Positions 12,811-23,767 are shown, counted from the first letter of the stretch. The stretch: DNA of 64,000 nt from Lingula anatina (GCA_051362555.1 CM120647.1:12934651-12998650); one strand, 5' to 3'. Made by a program: numbers and translations. Notes: generated by a model not told the origin, from the sequence alone.

Positions 12811-12924
12811 CAAGCTGACATAATTTGCCAGTAAAACCAGGAAGGCAATCGCAGTCAAAACTGCCATGATTATTTCTACAGGTGGCGCCCCTGGCACATG
12901 GGTTGTTCATGCATTCGTTGACGT
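12811..12924 (-). CDS. Headless block EGF exon type A
   Basis: [38 protein letters not shown], 114 nt, nearly identical to 7645-7758. Confidence 0.75.
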
Positions 12925-13273
12925 CTACAAAAGAAACAAAATATATTTGTACCTTTCTTTTTCCATTGATTTTCTTATTGCAGTTCTTTGAACTTATCCC
13001 AGTCGTTATTATAGCAAATATATAATATTCACTATATTCTGCACAAACAGATTGCGTTACAAAGTTATAGAAAAGAAAGAACCATTACAAAACATGTAAT
13101 TTGATAATAAAAAAATTGCTTGATGCGTTCAAAATGGGAACATAATATTTTAATGTGTATGAGAGCTAATTAAATCAGTCTTATATTAACTTGTGATGGA
13201 CCCAAAGTAATGAAAAACTTTCATTGGTCTACCAGGTCATTCAAATTACACAAACTTATGGTTTGGTACCTAC

Positions 13274-13387
13274 CGTTGTCACACCATGTCCCTTGGTAAC
13301 CGGAAGAGCAAGAACATCGGAACGAGGCCACCGAGTTCTCACACTTGGCACCATTTTTGCAAGGGTTGCTTATGCAGTGATTGGTAA
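13274..13387 (-). pseudogene. Headless block EGF exon type D lacking its normal acceptor
   Basis: TNHCISNPCKNGAKCENSVASFRCSCSSGYQGTWCDN G|GTAGGT; the expected AG|TG is replaced by TCTT. Confidence 0.7.
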
Positions 13388-13989
13388 GAACAACATTACA
13401 CCGGTATTTAGACAGTCCTTGTCAATTTCCACTTGCAGAAACATTTCTCTTTTTATTTGCCACACTAAATGAAAAAAATACATTACAAAATTGCTTTGAG
13501 TAAAAATATTTTGACTAATGTTGAGATAGCATCCTGCTGACTTCAATAAGAATAATTAGCTGATTTGCTGAGTAGGGGATACCCTAATGCCGGTAAGGAA
13601 GTCATACTACTCAGAACACATTCAATCAACCTACAGGTATGTTACTACCACATCTGTGTATATAACAAAATCCACACAAACACTTTGTTAATATATGTAT
13701 AAAATGATATCGACAGAATTCTTTTGATTTCCGAAATACCCGAAAATTGTAACAGTCAAAATGAGAGACCCAGTTATGAGAACAAGTTCCTACAAAGCTA
13801 CTGAAATTAGATTCAGCGATGCACTATTAGGTACACTTCAAGCACAATCTTTACAAACCACTTATTTGTGCCTATGTTATGGGCACACTGGCTGGTTGCA
13901 TGAAGTACATGCATGTGGCATTTTCCTGTCAGTGTTGCATGGGCAAAACATTTGAATTAAATTTAAAAACTAATATTTAACAACCAATG

Positions 13990-14204
13990 CTTCTCTTTGG
14001 GGTCATTAATGACCCCACAAGAGTTTGTGCTGTATGCGCCACACTAATTGGTTGATCCCTACAAAAAAACTGTGAAAGTGTGTAGGATTAGTAGACTGAC
14101 AAACTCATGCAAGGAAAGAAAGTTGGAATAAAAAATAAAGAGATGGCACATTAAATCATATGGCTGGGGTCGTAAATGACCCCACTCGGTCACTTGAGGG
14201 TTAA
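13990..14204. mobile_element. piggyBac-like non-autonomous element end
   Basis: Two ggggtc.taatgacccc-type palindromes and a terminal AGGG followed by TTAA (14201-14204); other end not found. Confidence 0.55.
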
Positions 14205-14424
14205 GACTCAATATTGGGTTCTGATCACGTGCAGTTGACAGCCGTATGGTTCCACCACCTTATCCGAAATAGGCTTCTGTACAGCAAATTCCCTTAATAA
14301 CTGAAGTATATTTTTAGCAAAATCGAAGTTACTGAAAATATATTTAAATAGAAAGAAACTTCATTAAGATTAATAATAATAAAAATAATTAAATGTCAAA
14401 TGTTATTTATAGCACTCCATTTCA

Positions 14425-14925
14425 TAAATTTCAATGCTACTGACGGATATGTCTGTTTAATATACTATACTATACTATACTATACTATACTATACTATAC
14501 TATACTATTCTATACTATACTATACCAAAAGCATGTATTCTAACTCTTACCTTGACTTATAACAACTGAATAGATTTCAATGCTACTGACAGTTATGTCT
14601 GTTTAATCCACTATACTATACTATACTATACTATACTATACTATACTATACTATACTATACTATACTATACTATACAAAAAGCATGTATTCTAACTCTAA
14701 CCTTGACTTATAACAACTGAATAGATTTCAGTGCTACTGACAGTCATGTCTGTTTAATCTATTACTCTATACTATACTATACTGTACTGTACTGTACTGT
14801 ACTGTACTGTACCGTGCCGTGCCGTGCCGTGCCGTACCGTACCGTACCGTACCGTGCCGTGCCGTACCGTACTATACTAAAAGCATGTATTCTAACCATA
14901 ACCTTGGCTTAAAACAACTGAATAA
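14425..14925. repeat. Three tandem units, each containing a (CTATA)n-type microsatellite
   Basis: atttcaatgctactgac...(ctata)n...aaaagcatgtattctaac x3; the third shifts to ctgta/ccgtg/ccgta. Confidence 0.92.
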
Positions 14926-15108
14926 TGCAAGAGTAATGTACTGATTTTTAAACCTGACAAAAGCTACTCATCTTACATAACCGAATATCAACAGATCAGT
15001 GCTATTCATTTGATAGCAATATGGTGCCAAACCTTTGTCTCTCCCTGTATTGGTTCACTATGCTGAAAGAGGTAGCACATTTTCAACAGCATGTTCTAAG
15101 ATGTATCT

Positions 15109-15443
15109 TCAATAACAAATAACTCCAGCATCTTCATCGTGACCACAGTTATGAATCCCCCAACCTCTGTGAGTACATGATGCAATGTTGGGTTCCCACC
15201 CTGTGCAGTCAATATCGTCCAACCATATAGTTCCATTACCTTGCCCGAAATACGCACTCTGTATGCTAAGTGCTCTGGAAAAGGGAAGACCCAAGGACCT
15301 GCAGAATACTTGAGCATCAGTATTATCCCAGCTGTCATCGCAAACTGATCCCCAACTTCCATTATGATACACTTCAACTCTGCCACTATAGTTTCCAATG
15401 GTAATTGATCCAACAAGACGGTACAGGGGACGGTACAGCAAAT
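15109..15443 (-). CDS. Copy A terminal exon: intact group A (6-Cys) SRCR domain
   Basis: YRLVGS...[33 protein letters not shown]...[46 protein letters not shown]; phase-1 acceptor tttcag. Confidence 0.93.
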
Positions 15444-18400
15444 CTGAAATGTTCAATGAAAACATGTTCAAAGAGAAAAACAACTTACAGGTACAACTAA
15501 TACCTCAATATCACTTTAAAATAACGCAAAATAATATTGTACCCAAAAGGGTTTGCCTAAAGGGTCAATGACCCATGAATGCACACCCCCCAATACAAAT
15601 AATAAAAACTCTACTTAGTACTAAAAACGACACTGTGTACATCTAAAAACGACAATGTGTACATCTGCAACGACCCACCCAAGTGCAAACGTTCTCGGGG
15701 TCAAAGCGCTCCGCCAGAAGAGCACCATAGTGCTCTCTGACGGATCGTCTAAACATTGATCTACCAGCCCTTGAACGAGTGCAAATGGGAAGGGCGTTCC
15801 AGATGGGAACATTACGATTGAAATATGACCGGCTACACGTTTCGGTTCTACAGAAGTTGGCACTATGGATGATAAAATGATCCCCTTCTTTCTCTAAAAT
15901 ACAAATACTTCGAATGATCAAGGTCAGCCCTGCCAATAAAACAATTATACAGAAAGGTAACGTCTAAAATTTCTCTTCTATAAGCTAAAGGCAGCAAGTT
16001 TAAAGCGATTAGTCTATCTTTATAATTCATTAGGTTACCCAGAATATGCCTTGTGGCAGATCACTGCACCCTTTCTAGTCTTATCAAATTTTCTTTTGTA
16101 ATGTGATCCCAAAATACAGAATTAAACTCAAGCTTTGAGCGTACTAACGAATCAAAAAGAGGCTGTATTAACCTTGGGTTCCTATTTCTATCAAACATTC
16201 GCCTAATAGTTGCCCATGTCTGATTTGCACTTTTAACAATGTTATTTACATGTGGATTAAAAGTCAGCTCGCTGCTAACGGTAACTCCTAAATCCCTTCG
16301 TGTACCTTTGTCAAGAGATGTCCAGAGATGTTATAATAAAATACAGTTGGATTTACCTTCCGTGTGTCACTTAGCAGCATACATTTTTTAGCATTCAATA
16401 TCATTCCCCACCGGTTACACCACTCTACTACTTTCTCAAGATCCCCCTGGGGGCCAAACAATCAGCCAAAGAGCTAATTAATGTATGCATTTTTGAGTCA
16501 TCAGCAAAAAGAGACGTGTATTTAATTTAAAGAGAGAGTCATATTCTGTCAATGAATAATTGAAATGAAGTTTCAAATTTTGTACAGAATGTTTACACTT
16601 AGAATTAACTCACATTTTATTGTATTTTCTTCGACACTTATTCTCATTTTACCTACAGTCTTGCAAAACTGATTATATCAACATTTTTTCATGACACGGC
16701 TTTAACCTGATTCACAATCCCTGTTGGTATATCTAGAATGCTAGCTGCAAGAAAAGGTGTTACCACAACTACTGCACGTGGCACCTTTTGTAGCATGTTA
16801 ACATTAAGTATTATTGTCAGCAGTAAGACATGATATGATTTCAGCAATATTCAGTGAGATGAAATCGATTATGTCTATGTCTCTGTAAATAACGCCCCAG
16901 CTTTATTCTGTAATTTACTGTTTTGTCACCAGGCCTCTGTCTGACACATATAATTCGTTCTTGTAAGAACGTACCAGAACATATTATCTAGTTCATAATC
17001 AGAAACATTTTTGCATATTATTTTTCATCTTATATTTATTATTTTTTCTCACCTTGACAGTTTATCCCGTAGTATCCGACAGAACACAAACATTGATAAG
17101 AATTCACCATGTCAACACACGTCCCACCATTCTGACAAGGACGACTGGAACATTCACTGATTTCTAAAATAAGAAACATGAATAGATGTCAACTGAAAAA
17201 AGAGCAGAGTCATCATTCACCGACTTCTAAAGTGGTAATATATTCGGTAAATTAATGTCAGGATACAGGAATTATCCAATCGTAAAAGAAGCAACACGCC
17301 ATCCAGGTATCTTAAAATAAAACTTTGCAAAATCTGTTATCCTGTAATGGCATTTAAAAAGGTCGTTTATTCAAAACAAAAACACTTGTAATGTATGTTC
17401 TAACTAACTTACAGGAGATAATTCTACGTGGTTTTGTTAAAAATTTAAATTCTGCATAATTTTAACGGATATCCTACCTAGCTGGCAGTATGTTCCTGTA
17501 AAACCACCTGGACAACTGCAGTGAAATCCGCCATAACTGTTTTGACAGGTGGCGCCACTGACACACGGGTTATTCAAACATTCATTTATATCTGAAAAGA
17601 AACAAAATATGCACCAAAGACTTAATTTTAAAGTTCAATTAAGTTAAGAGTTTTTTTTTCACCTTAAACATGTAATTGTGAAACTGTTTTTACATCATTC
17701 ATGTGCTGCTTGATAAATGTGCCTTTTCTGTTGAACGCATTTACAAGATTAGAGTTTTTAATGATTTTGAAAGAAAGTCAACGAGAATAAATGGTGTGAT
17801 CCAGAGTGCAAATAACGTTTATGAAAACTTGTGTTAACTGTGGCATCGAATGTCACATATTTTTCTTCAGATGAGTTCAACCGGGTATAGTGAAAATTGT
17901 ACTGCCACAAACAACAATGTGTGTGCATGAAGACTTACCGTCTTTGCACCTAGGTCCTTGGAAACCGGAAGTACAAGAACATAGAAACGAAGCTGCCAGG
18001 TTTACACACGAGGCACCATTTTTACAGGGTAGGCTAAGACAATGGTTGGTCACTTTGGTAAAGTATGGATAAATATGATTAGATTTCATAACAGAAATAT
18101 CTTGCTAACAATGCAGTTACACCCATAACACTGGGGATTAATATGTGTGAGTTATGGAATGCGTGAGAAAATTATATATAACTTCTTGACAGTTATTTGT
18201 CGATTTCTCTACTTCATGCTGAAACATTCTAAAATACAGTTTATCATAATGAACGTTTCGTGTAACAATTTAACCATTTTTCAAAATTTTCCCAATTTAC
18301 AACTATCCTTAAATTATTCTTTTACTTGAACCTGTCCTAGACGCATGGCCGTTTTTGTGCTAGAACATCGCAAGAATACAAAATGTTTTCCAATAGATTG

Positions 18401-19448
18401 ATTACTTGTTAATTAGGTTTAACCACAGCCACAGCTGAAGTTCTTACTTGTTTCACAATTTCTACCCGTATATCCAGACGGGCAGCTGCATATATACGTC
18501 TCAGATTGATTCCTGCAGACTGCACCATTTTGGCAAGGCTGGCTGCGACAGGGATCTCTAGCTGTAACACAAGTTTCAGGTGTGCTAATGGTACTTTCTA
18601 TAGCTTAAATCACCCTCTCGTTCTTTTCAACAAACACAATGGAAACACCTGCTCAAAAATACTGAAACCAATACTGAAAAATACAAACCAATGTGGGTTG
18701 GCAAACACGCACACACTTTTTTTCAATATGATATTTGATATAAACACACAGAGAGAACGTTTAATACCTACCTTGACAGTTTGTCCCATAGTACCCTGCA
18801 GAACACAAGCATCTATAAGAATTCACCATGTCAACACACGTCCCACCATTCTGACAAGGATTGCTGGAACATTCACCGACTCCTGCAATTGTATCACAAA
18901 AGTTTCAGTAAAATGCATAAAAATGCATAAAATGTTTTGTCCGCTGGCTTGAGAACTCTCAACAATCATTTTTATATCAGACAAAGCTTATATTCCCAAT
19001 TCAGACCTCAAAATGGATCAAAACCTAAAAAAATAAAGTAGCGTGTAACGTGCCTACACCTGTAGTGTCGTTTTTATCTTTCTAGCTTTCTCGGCTGTCT
19101 TCTAATGTTGCTCACATTGTTTGATTTACACACGACAAAGAATCGCTATTCAAAGCATGCGCCACTGTCTTGTGTAAAAACGAGTCCATGCTCGTAAAGA
19201 CAGATGTCGTTCTAACTGACAGGCAAGTCATTCACAATCAACATATTATATTAAAAAGGGAGTAAGACATCGAATACTAGTAGAGGAACGTGTCGAGCAA
19301 TAATTCGTTACCAGGAGATAGCATTTTACTTCAGGGAAATCTCGTACCTTTAAGAGGAAAAAGAAGCAGAAAAAATAGCTTACAAACACCACAGAAGACT
19401 ATGTTAATTTTGTAATTCAGTAACAATGTCAACATTTCACAGGTACTT

Positions 19449-19504
<56 letters not shown>

Positions 19505-20364
19505 TTCTCATTTATCAGTATAGTGTTTTTTGTCTTAATTAAAGTACAATACCAAGTTGACACAATTTGGCGGTGTGAAAGAAATGGTAGTCCTAGTAAC
19601 GCAAGTCTGACCGGACACTAAGTCCTGGGAATGCAAGTCCTAGGTCTAGCGTTTCTAGGAATTGATGTCCTAGGACATATGTTACTATGTCCGTGGGACA
19701 ACAGTTACCAAGGAATGCAAGACCCATTGCAAGAAATGCCAGTCCGGATGGGACCTCTTTTCCTGATTTATATTAGGACTATATGTCCGGTTTGACCTCT
19801 TTCTCGCACTTAAATGTATGTTACATATATTTCATAATAATATGTGTGTATTAAAATGACATTTGTCGTTACCTTTATTACTTTAATATTCACAAACTGA
19901 ATGAAAAAATTTAATAATGAAAAATAACACATAAGAAGTTGTAATGAATTTATTTTCATTTTATTAGACCTATTCATTTGTCTGATAAATTTCAAATTGG
20001 AGCCGTTGACTGCACATTTAAGGGTGCATCCTCCTTCTATTTGCAAGATGTACGGTCCAGATTTTGATATTCCTTTTATTAAATAAAGCCCTAGCCAGGG
20101 ATCTTCGTGCTTTCCACCTTATCTGTCTGAACTTCTTAGATTGCGTTTTAGAACCGTTGTACCTATGGTAAGCACCTGTGTAAAAGAATTAATTATGATA
20201 AGTCTTTTTCACATAATTTATAATAATTCAACAAAAATTTATAGAAATGGAAATTGAGCAAGAAATAAGCATACGTACACACCGCAGCAACAGCAATACA
20301 AAATAACCTCAGGCAAACAATGTACTTATAACGGTCATAATATGTGAAAGAAAAGTTTTATTGG

Positions 20365-20437
<73 letters not shown>

Positions 20438-23400
20438 GAATGCAATGATGACTCACTAAAATGTATTACCTCATCTGTAGAATGGCGAGCATCATATCTC
20501 TTCTTTTGCTCTTGTTGAGCCTTTCTCATGTTTTTCAGTACTGCCTCTCCTACTGTCTTGTTCATAGTGACCACCCTATTTTCCACTTCTTTTTGACAAT
20601 CTGCAACAGTCGGCATATGTATGCCACTGGGCCCTGGCACTTCTTCACCATCTTCTCCATCACTTTTGCACACATCTGTTGGTAGTACAGGTTCTCTACA
20701 GACAAAATAAATTTAATTGTATGCACAGTTACCCATTCCTTAAATTTTATTTATTATAATCATCCGATATAACATATAATAAAAAGACGACATTGTTAAA
20801 TATCACTTACATCATTGAAGAAAATGTGTGGAAATATATATATTTTTATTTATTTTATTTTATTATTATTATTATTATTTTTTTTTTTGATAAAAAGCCA
20901 AAGAATCCAATATTTATGGTGAAGAAAAGTTCAAATTCCTCTTTACCTCCAAAACATCAGATAAAAAGGGGAAAACCCAGTCGATGCATTGATGGACGTA
21001 TTATACGCAAAGACAACATCCCCAAAAACTTCGTCCCATTGGTGATCATCCTGGTACTTTAACAGCATGTCCTTCAGGGTTTGGTTAAAAAGTTGTGGAA
21101 AAAAGGATAAATAGTAAAATTCATCCAATACATAAATGTTATAGAAGAATATGTACTCATCTCACCAAACTAATAACTTGTATAGATAGCATTATATAGT
21201 ATGTATTATATAAAATGGCCAATCTAACCCTTAACTAAAATGTGGGCTAAAATTACTGACAATATATGGCATACAAACATGTATAAAATGTGTTTATTAA
21301 AGAATAAAACATACCCGTGAGACCATTGCATTGAGGATGGTAAGCTGTGGTTCTTGTGTTTAATTTTGAGGGATGTGGTTATGGAATGTAACAAATTGTT
21401 GTTATGAAAATTAACTGTAAATGAACGCTTACTTTATAATTCGACTTGTTAGTTCTTCGAATTACTCTTTTCTGGGTCGGTGTTGTGCCTATCGGATATG
21501 TGCCCTCTTGAAGATATTGAAATATAACCTCTATGTTGGGTCTATCACGGGTGCTGCTCGTCCCTTCCATATCCAAAGTCAAGTGAGGGTGTGGTATAAG
21601 AAAATGAGCGTATTTATAGTAGTGCAAGAAAGCGCGTGGCATCTGTAACCAACCAAAATCATCTGACGTGGCAAAGTAAAATGACCAGCAAACATGACAA
21701 AGACATAAAAATTACGAAAATCACACCGGTAAAACGAGGAGGACAATTGCAGTCAAAACCATCATGGTTCTTTCGACAGGTGGCGCCTCTGGCACATTGG
21801 TTGTTCGAGCATCCATTCCTATCTGGAAATGAACAAGTATCAAATATTCTGTCAATTTCCACGGTACAGTTCTTTATTCTATTCCAGTGCATAGTATATA
21901 TTTAATGATATACTTTATACTTGTACAATTACAAAATGACGGGTTTTGTACCCACAGTTTCGCCACCAGATGGACATTGTGCCTTGGTAAGTGGAAGATA
22001 TATATCATTATGTCTCAGCGATCAGTTTTATTTGCTTTATTGAACAACACAAGAGTCAGATCTGAAAATGTAAAGAATTGTCTCATTTCAAGACAAGAAT
22101 CTGGACAAGAAAGGCCACGTCTTTCCTATGCCGCGACTTGCGAACGACTCATAGTAATAACAACATCAACTTAAAAGCAACTCAATCACACGAATAAAAA
22201 CATGAATAACTATACAACAAAATTACTTAACTAACAAAATAACTTAACTTATAAAACGAAATGTATCAAAAATAAACAATTTATGTGAAGTAGGAATGGA
22301 ATGATAAAGGAGGAATAATAAGAAACCAAAAGTTGAATACCAAATGAAACATAAGAAAGAAAAACAGAAATAAAACTCACGCCTACCTGAAAATATAAAA
22401 GAAGTGTCTCATTTCAAGACAACAAACTGGACAAGAAAGACCACGTCTTTCCTATGGCGCGACTTGCGAACGACTGATCTCTTTCCCTCGCGCGAAACAG
22501 ACTTTGGACAAAGAAAAACACACACAAGAGTAAACGAAAATACACGAATGAAGACGAACGAAAACGAACACAAGGAGAACACAATGACAGCACAAGGAGA
22601 GCGAAACTAAAGTATTTCGCCTGTCAAAAGTACACCAAAAAGGCCACATAGTTCTCGCACTTGATACTATTTCAACAAAGTTTCCCAAACCAATGATTGG
22701 TCAGTGTCATACATATCTACGGTCAAGCACCTTAATAGTCTGCCATGCCAAAGCTTTGGAGTAATATATGGTAATTAGTAATCGATAAAAATTTGGACTT
22801 TCACATGATTAACAGAACCCTTTATTTAATTAAATATATAATTATTTTATAAATTTATTTGTCTATATTTTCTATTTTCTATTTGTCTTCCGCCATTTAT
22901 TTTCAAATTAAACCTATTGTTTACAGAATTAAAACTTTTACAATTATGGCTGAGTTGCTCACTTTTTTCTTCTTGGGTATGCACAAGTGACCATACAACA
23001 GTAACAACCAGTGCAGCGCATATGATTCCAATTAACACCAATGCTATTTGTAACCGTCTATTGACTTTTGTCTTTGGTGGCTGTGTAATGCTTGGATTGG
23101 TGTCAATGACATTGTTGGTAGGACCACAAATCCTAATACTCTCGTAAACACTTGACGTCTCCTCTGGAGCACAATTCACATCTGATGACGTTTGATTTCT
23201 ATTAACTTTTGTCTTTGGTGGCTGTGTAATCTTTGGATTGGGGTCGGTGATATTGTCGGTAGGACCACAAATCCTCATACTTTTGTAAACACTTGGCGTC
23301 TCCTCTGGAGCAAAATTTACATCCGATGACATTTCATATGTTGCGTTTACATACCCGGCGCTTTGGTTTCTATTAACATTAGTCTTTGATGGCTGTGTAA

Positions 23401-23767
23401 TCCTTGGCTTGGGGTCAGTGACATTGTCGGTAGGACTTAAAATCATCATACTCTCGTAGACATTTGGCGTCTCCTCTGGAGCAAAATTCATATCTGTTGA
23501 CGTTTCATATGTTGAGTTTACATACGCGGCGCTTTGGTTTGGAGGAGTAGTAAATAACTCGATACCTAAAAGCAGTAGTGAGAAACCAACACATTTATTT
23601 AAAAATATTATGTTGGACACTGGGCAAGCATTTCTTCGCGTACTCTCCCATCACATATTTATTTTTATAGCTTAAATTTTAGACAGATTAGTAGAATTAA
23701 ATCTTATTTGTACAAAATGATTAAATTAAACATTCATCCCTGGATGCATACCTCTTGTGTCTGCCAT
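15109..23767 (-). CDS. Receptor copy A: type II TM protein, 3 Tyr-motif tail repeats, 5 intact EGF exons (+1 transposon-split, +1 decayed), C-terminal group A SRCR; functional status uncertain
   Basis: Exons 23767-23752 (MADTR), 23565-~22942, [21822-21726+19569-19553 split], 18882-18772, 18561-18448, 18052-17939, 17591-17478, 17163-17053, 15443-15109 (TGA). Confidence 0.75.
15540..16530 (-). mobile_element. 5'-truncated CR1/L2-group LINE (RT C-terminus and 3' end)
   Basis: [58 protein letters not shown], then [21 protein letters not shown]...[12 protein letters not shown]; stops and frameshifts present. Confidence 0.88.
16707..16790 (-). pseudogene. Decayed type C EGF exon of copy A
   Basis: [27 protein letters not shown]|GT; in-frame TAG at a Cys position and 5' part lost. 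Confidence 0.8.
17053..17163 (-). CDS. Copy A EGF exon type B
   Basis: [37 protein letters not shown], donor GTGAG. Confidence 0.88.
17478..17591 (-). CDS. Copy A EGF exon type A
   Basis: [38 protein letters not shown]. Confidence 0.88.
17939..18052 (-). CDS. Copy A EGF exon type D
   Basis: [38 protein letters not shown], donor GTAAGT. Confidence 0.88.
18448..18561 (-). CDS. Copy A EGF exon type C
   Basis: [38 protein letters not shown]. Confidence 0.88.
18772..18882 (-). CDS. Copy A EGF exon type B
   Basis: [37 protein letters not shown]. Confidence 0.88.
19574..21725 (-). mobile_element. Ginger1-like (Gypsy-integrase-related) DNA transposon; intron-containing, internally deleted
   Basis: TGTGA...TCACA termini; flanks gcgg (19570-73) and ccgg (21726-29). 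Spliced integrase pieces: [11 protein letters not shown]...[18 protein letters not shown]|gt, [55 protein letters not shown] (GPY/F-like). No LTRs, gag or RT seen. Confidence 0.85.
21726..21822 (-). pseudogene. 5' part of a type A EGF exon split by the Ginger insertion (3' part at 19553-19569)
   Basis: Removing the element and one TSD restores exactly 114 nt: [33 protein letters not shown]+KLCQL G|GT. Confidence 0.9.
22062..22475. repeat. ~88 bp direct repeat pair (22062-22149, 22388-22475) in sequence absent from copy B
   Basis: ctgaaaat..aa..gtctcatttcaagacaa...ccacgtctttcctatg.cgcgacttgcgaacgact occurs twice. Confidence 0.8.
22942..23565 (-). CDS. Copy A exon: three Tyr-motif repeats (57, 57, 47 aa) + TM helix
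   Basis: [12 protein letters not shown]...NVYESM; [12 protein letters not shown]...SVYKSM; NQ-TSSD...SVYESI; then [31 protein letters not shown]. The only phase-1 donor I found is a weak T|GTAAAA, so the 3' boundary is uncertain. Confidence 0.8.

Noticed and set aside
4254-18882. Notch, Delta, Crumbs, fibropellin or DMBT1 ortholog
   Set aside because: No LNR/ankyrin, DSL, laminin G, CUB, avidin or ZP exons; TM precedes the EGFs and the SRCR is terminal.
19574-21725. Gypsy LTR retrotransposon or host GIN1 gene
   Set aside because: No LTRs, gag or RT; spliceosomal introns and a TSD inside a host exon favour a Ginger DNA transposon.
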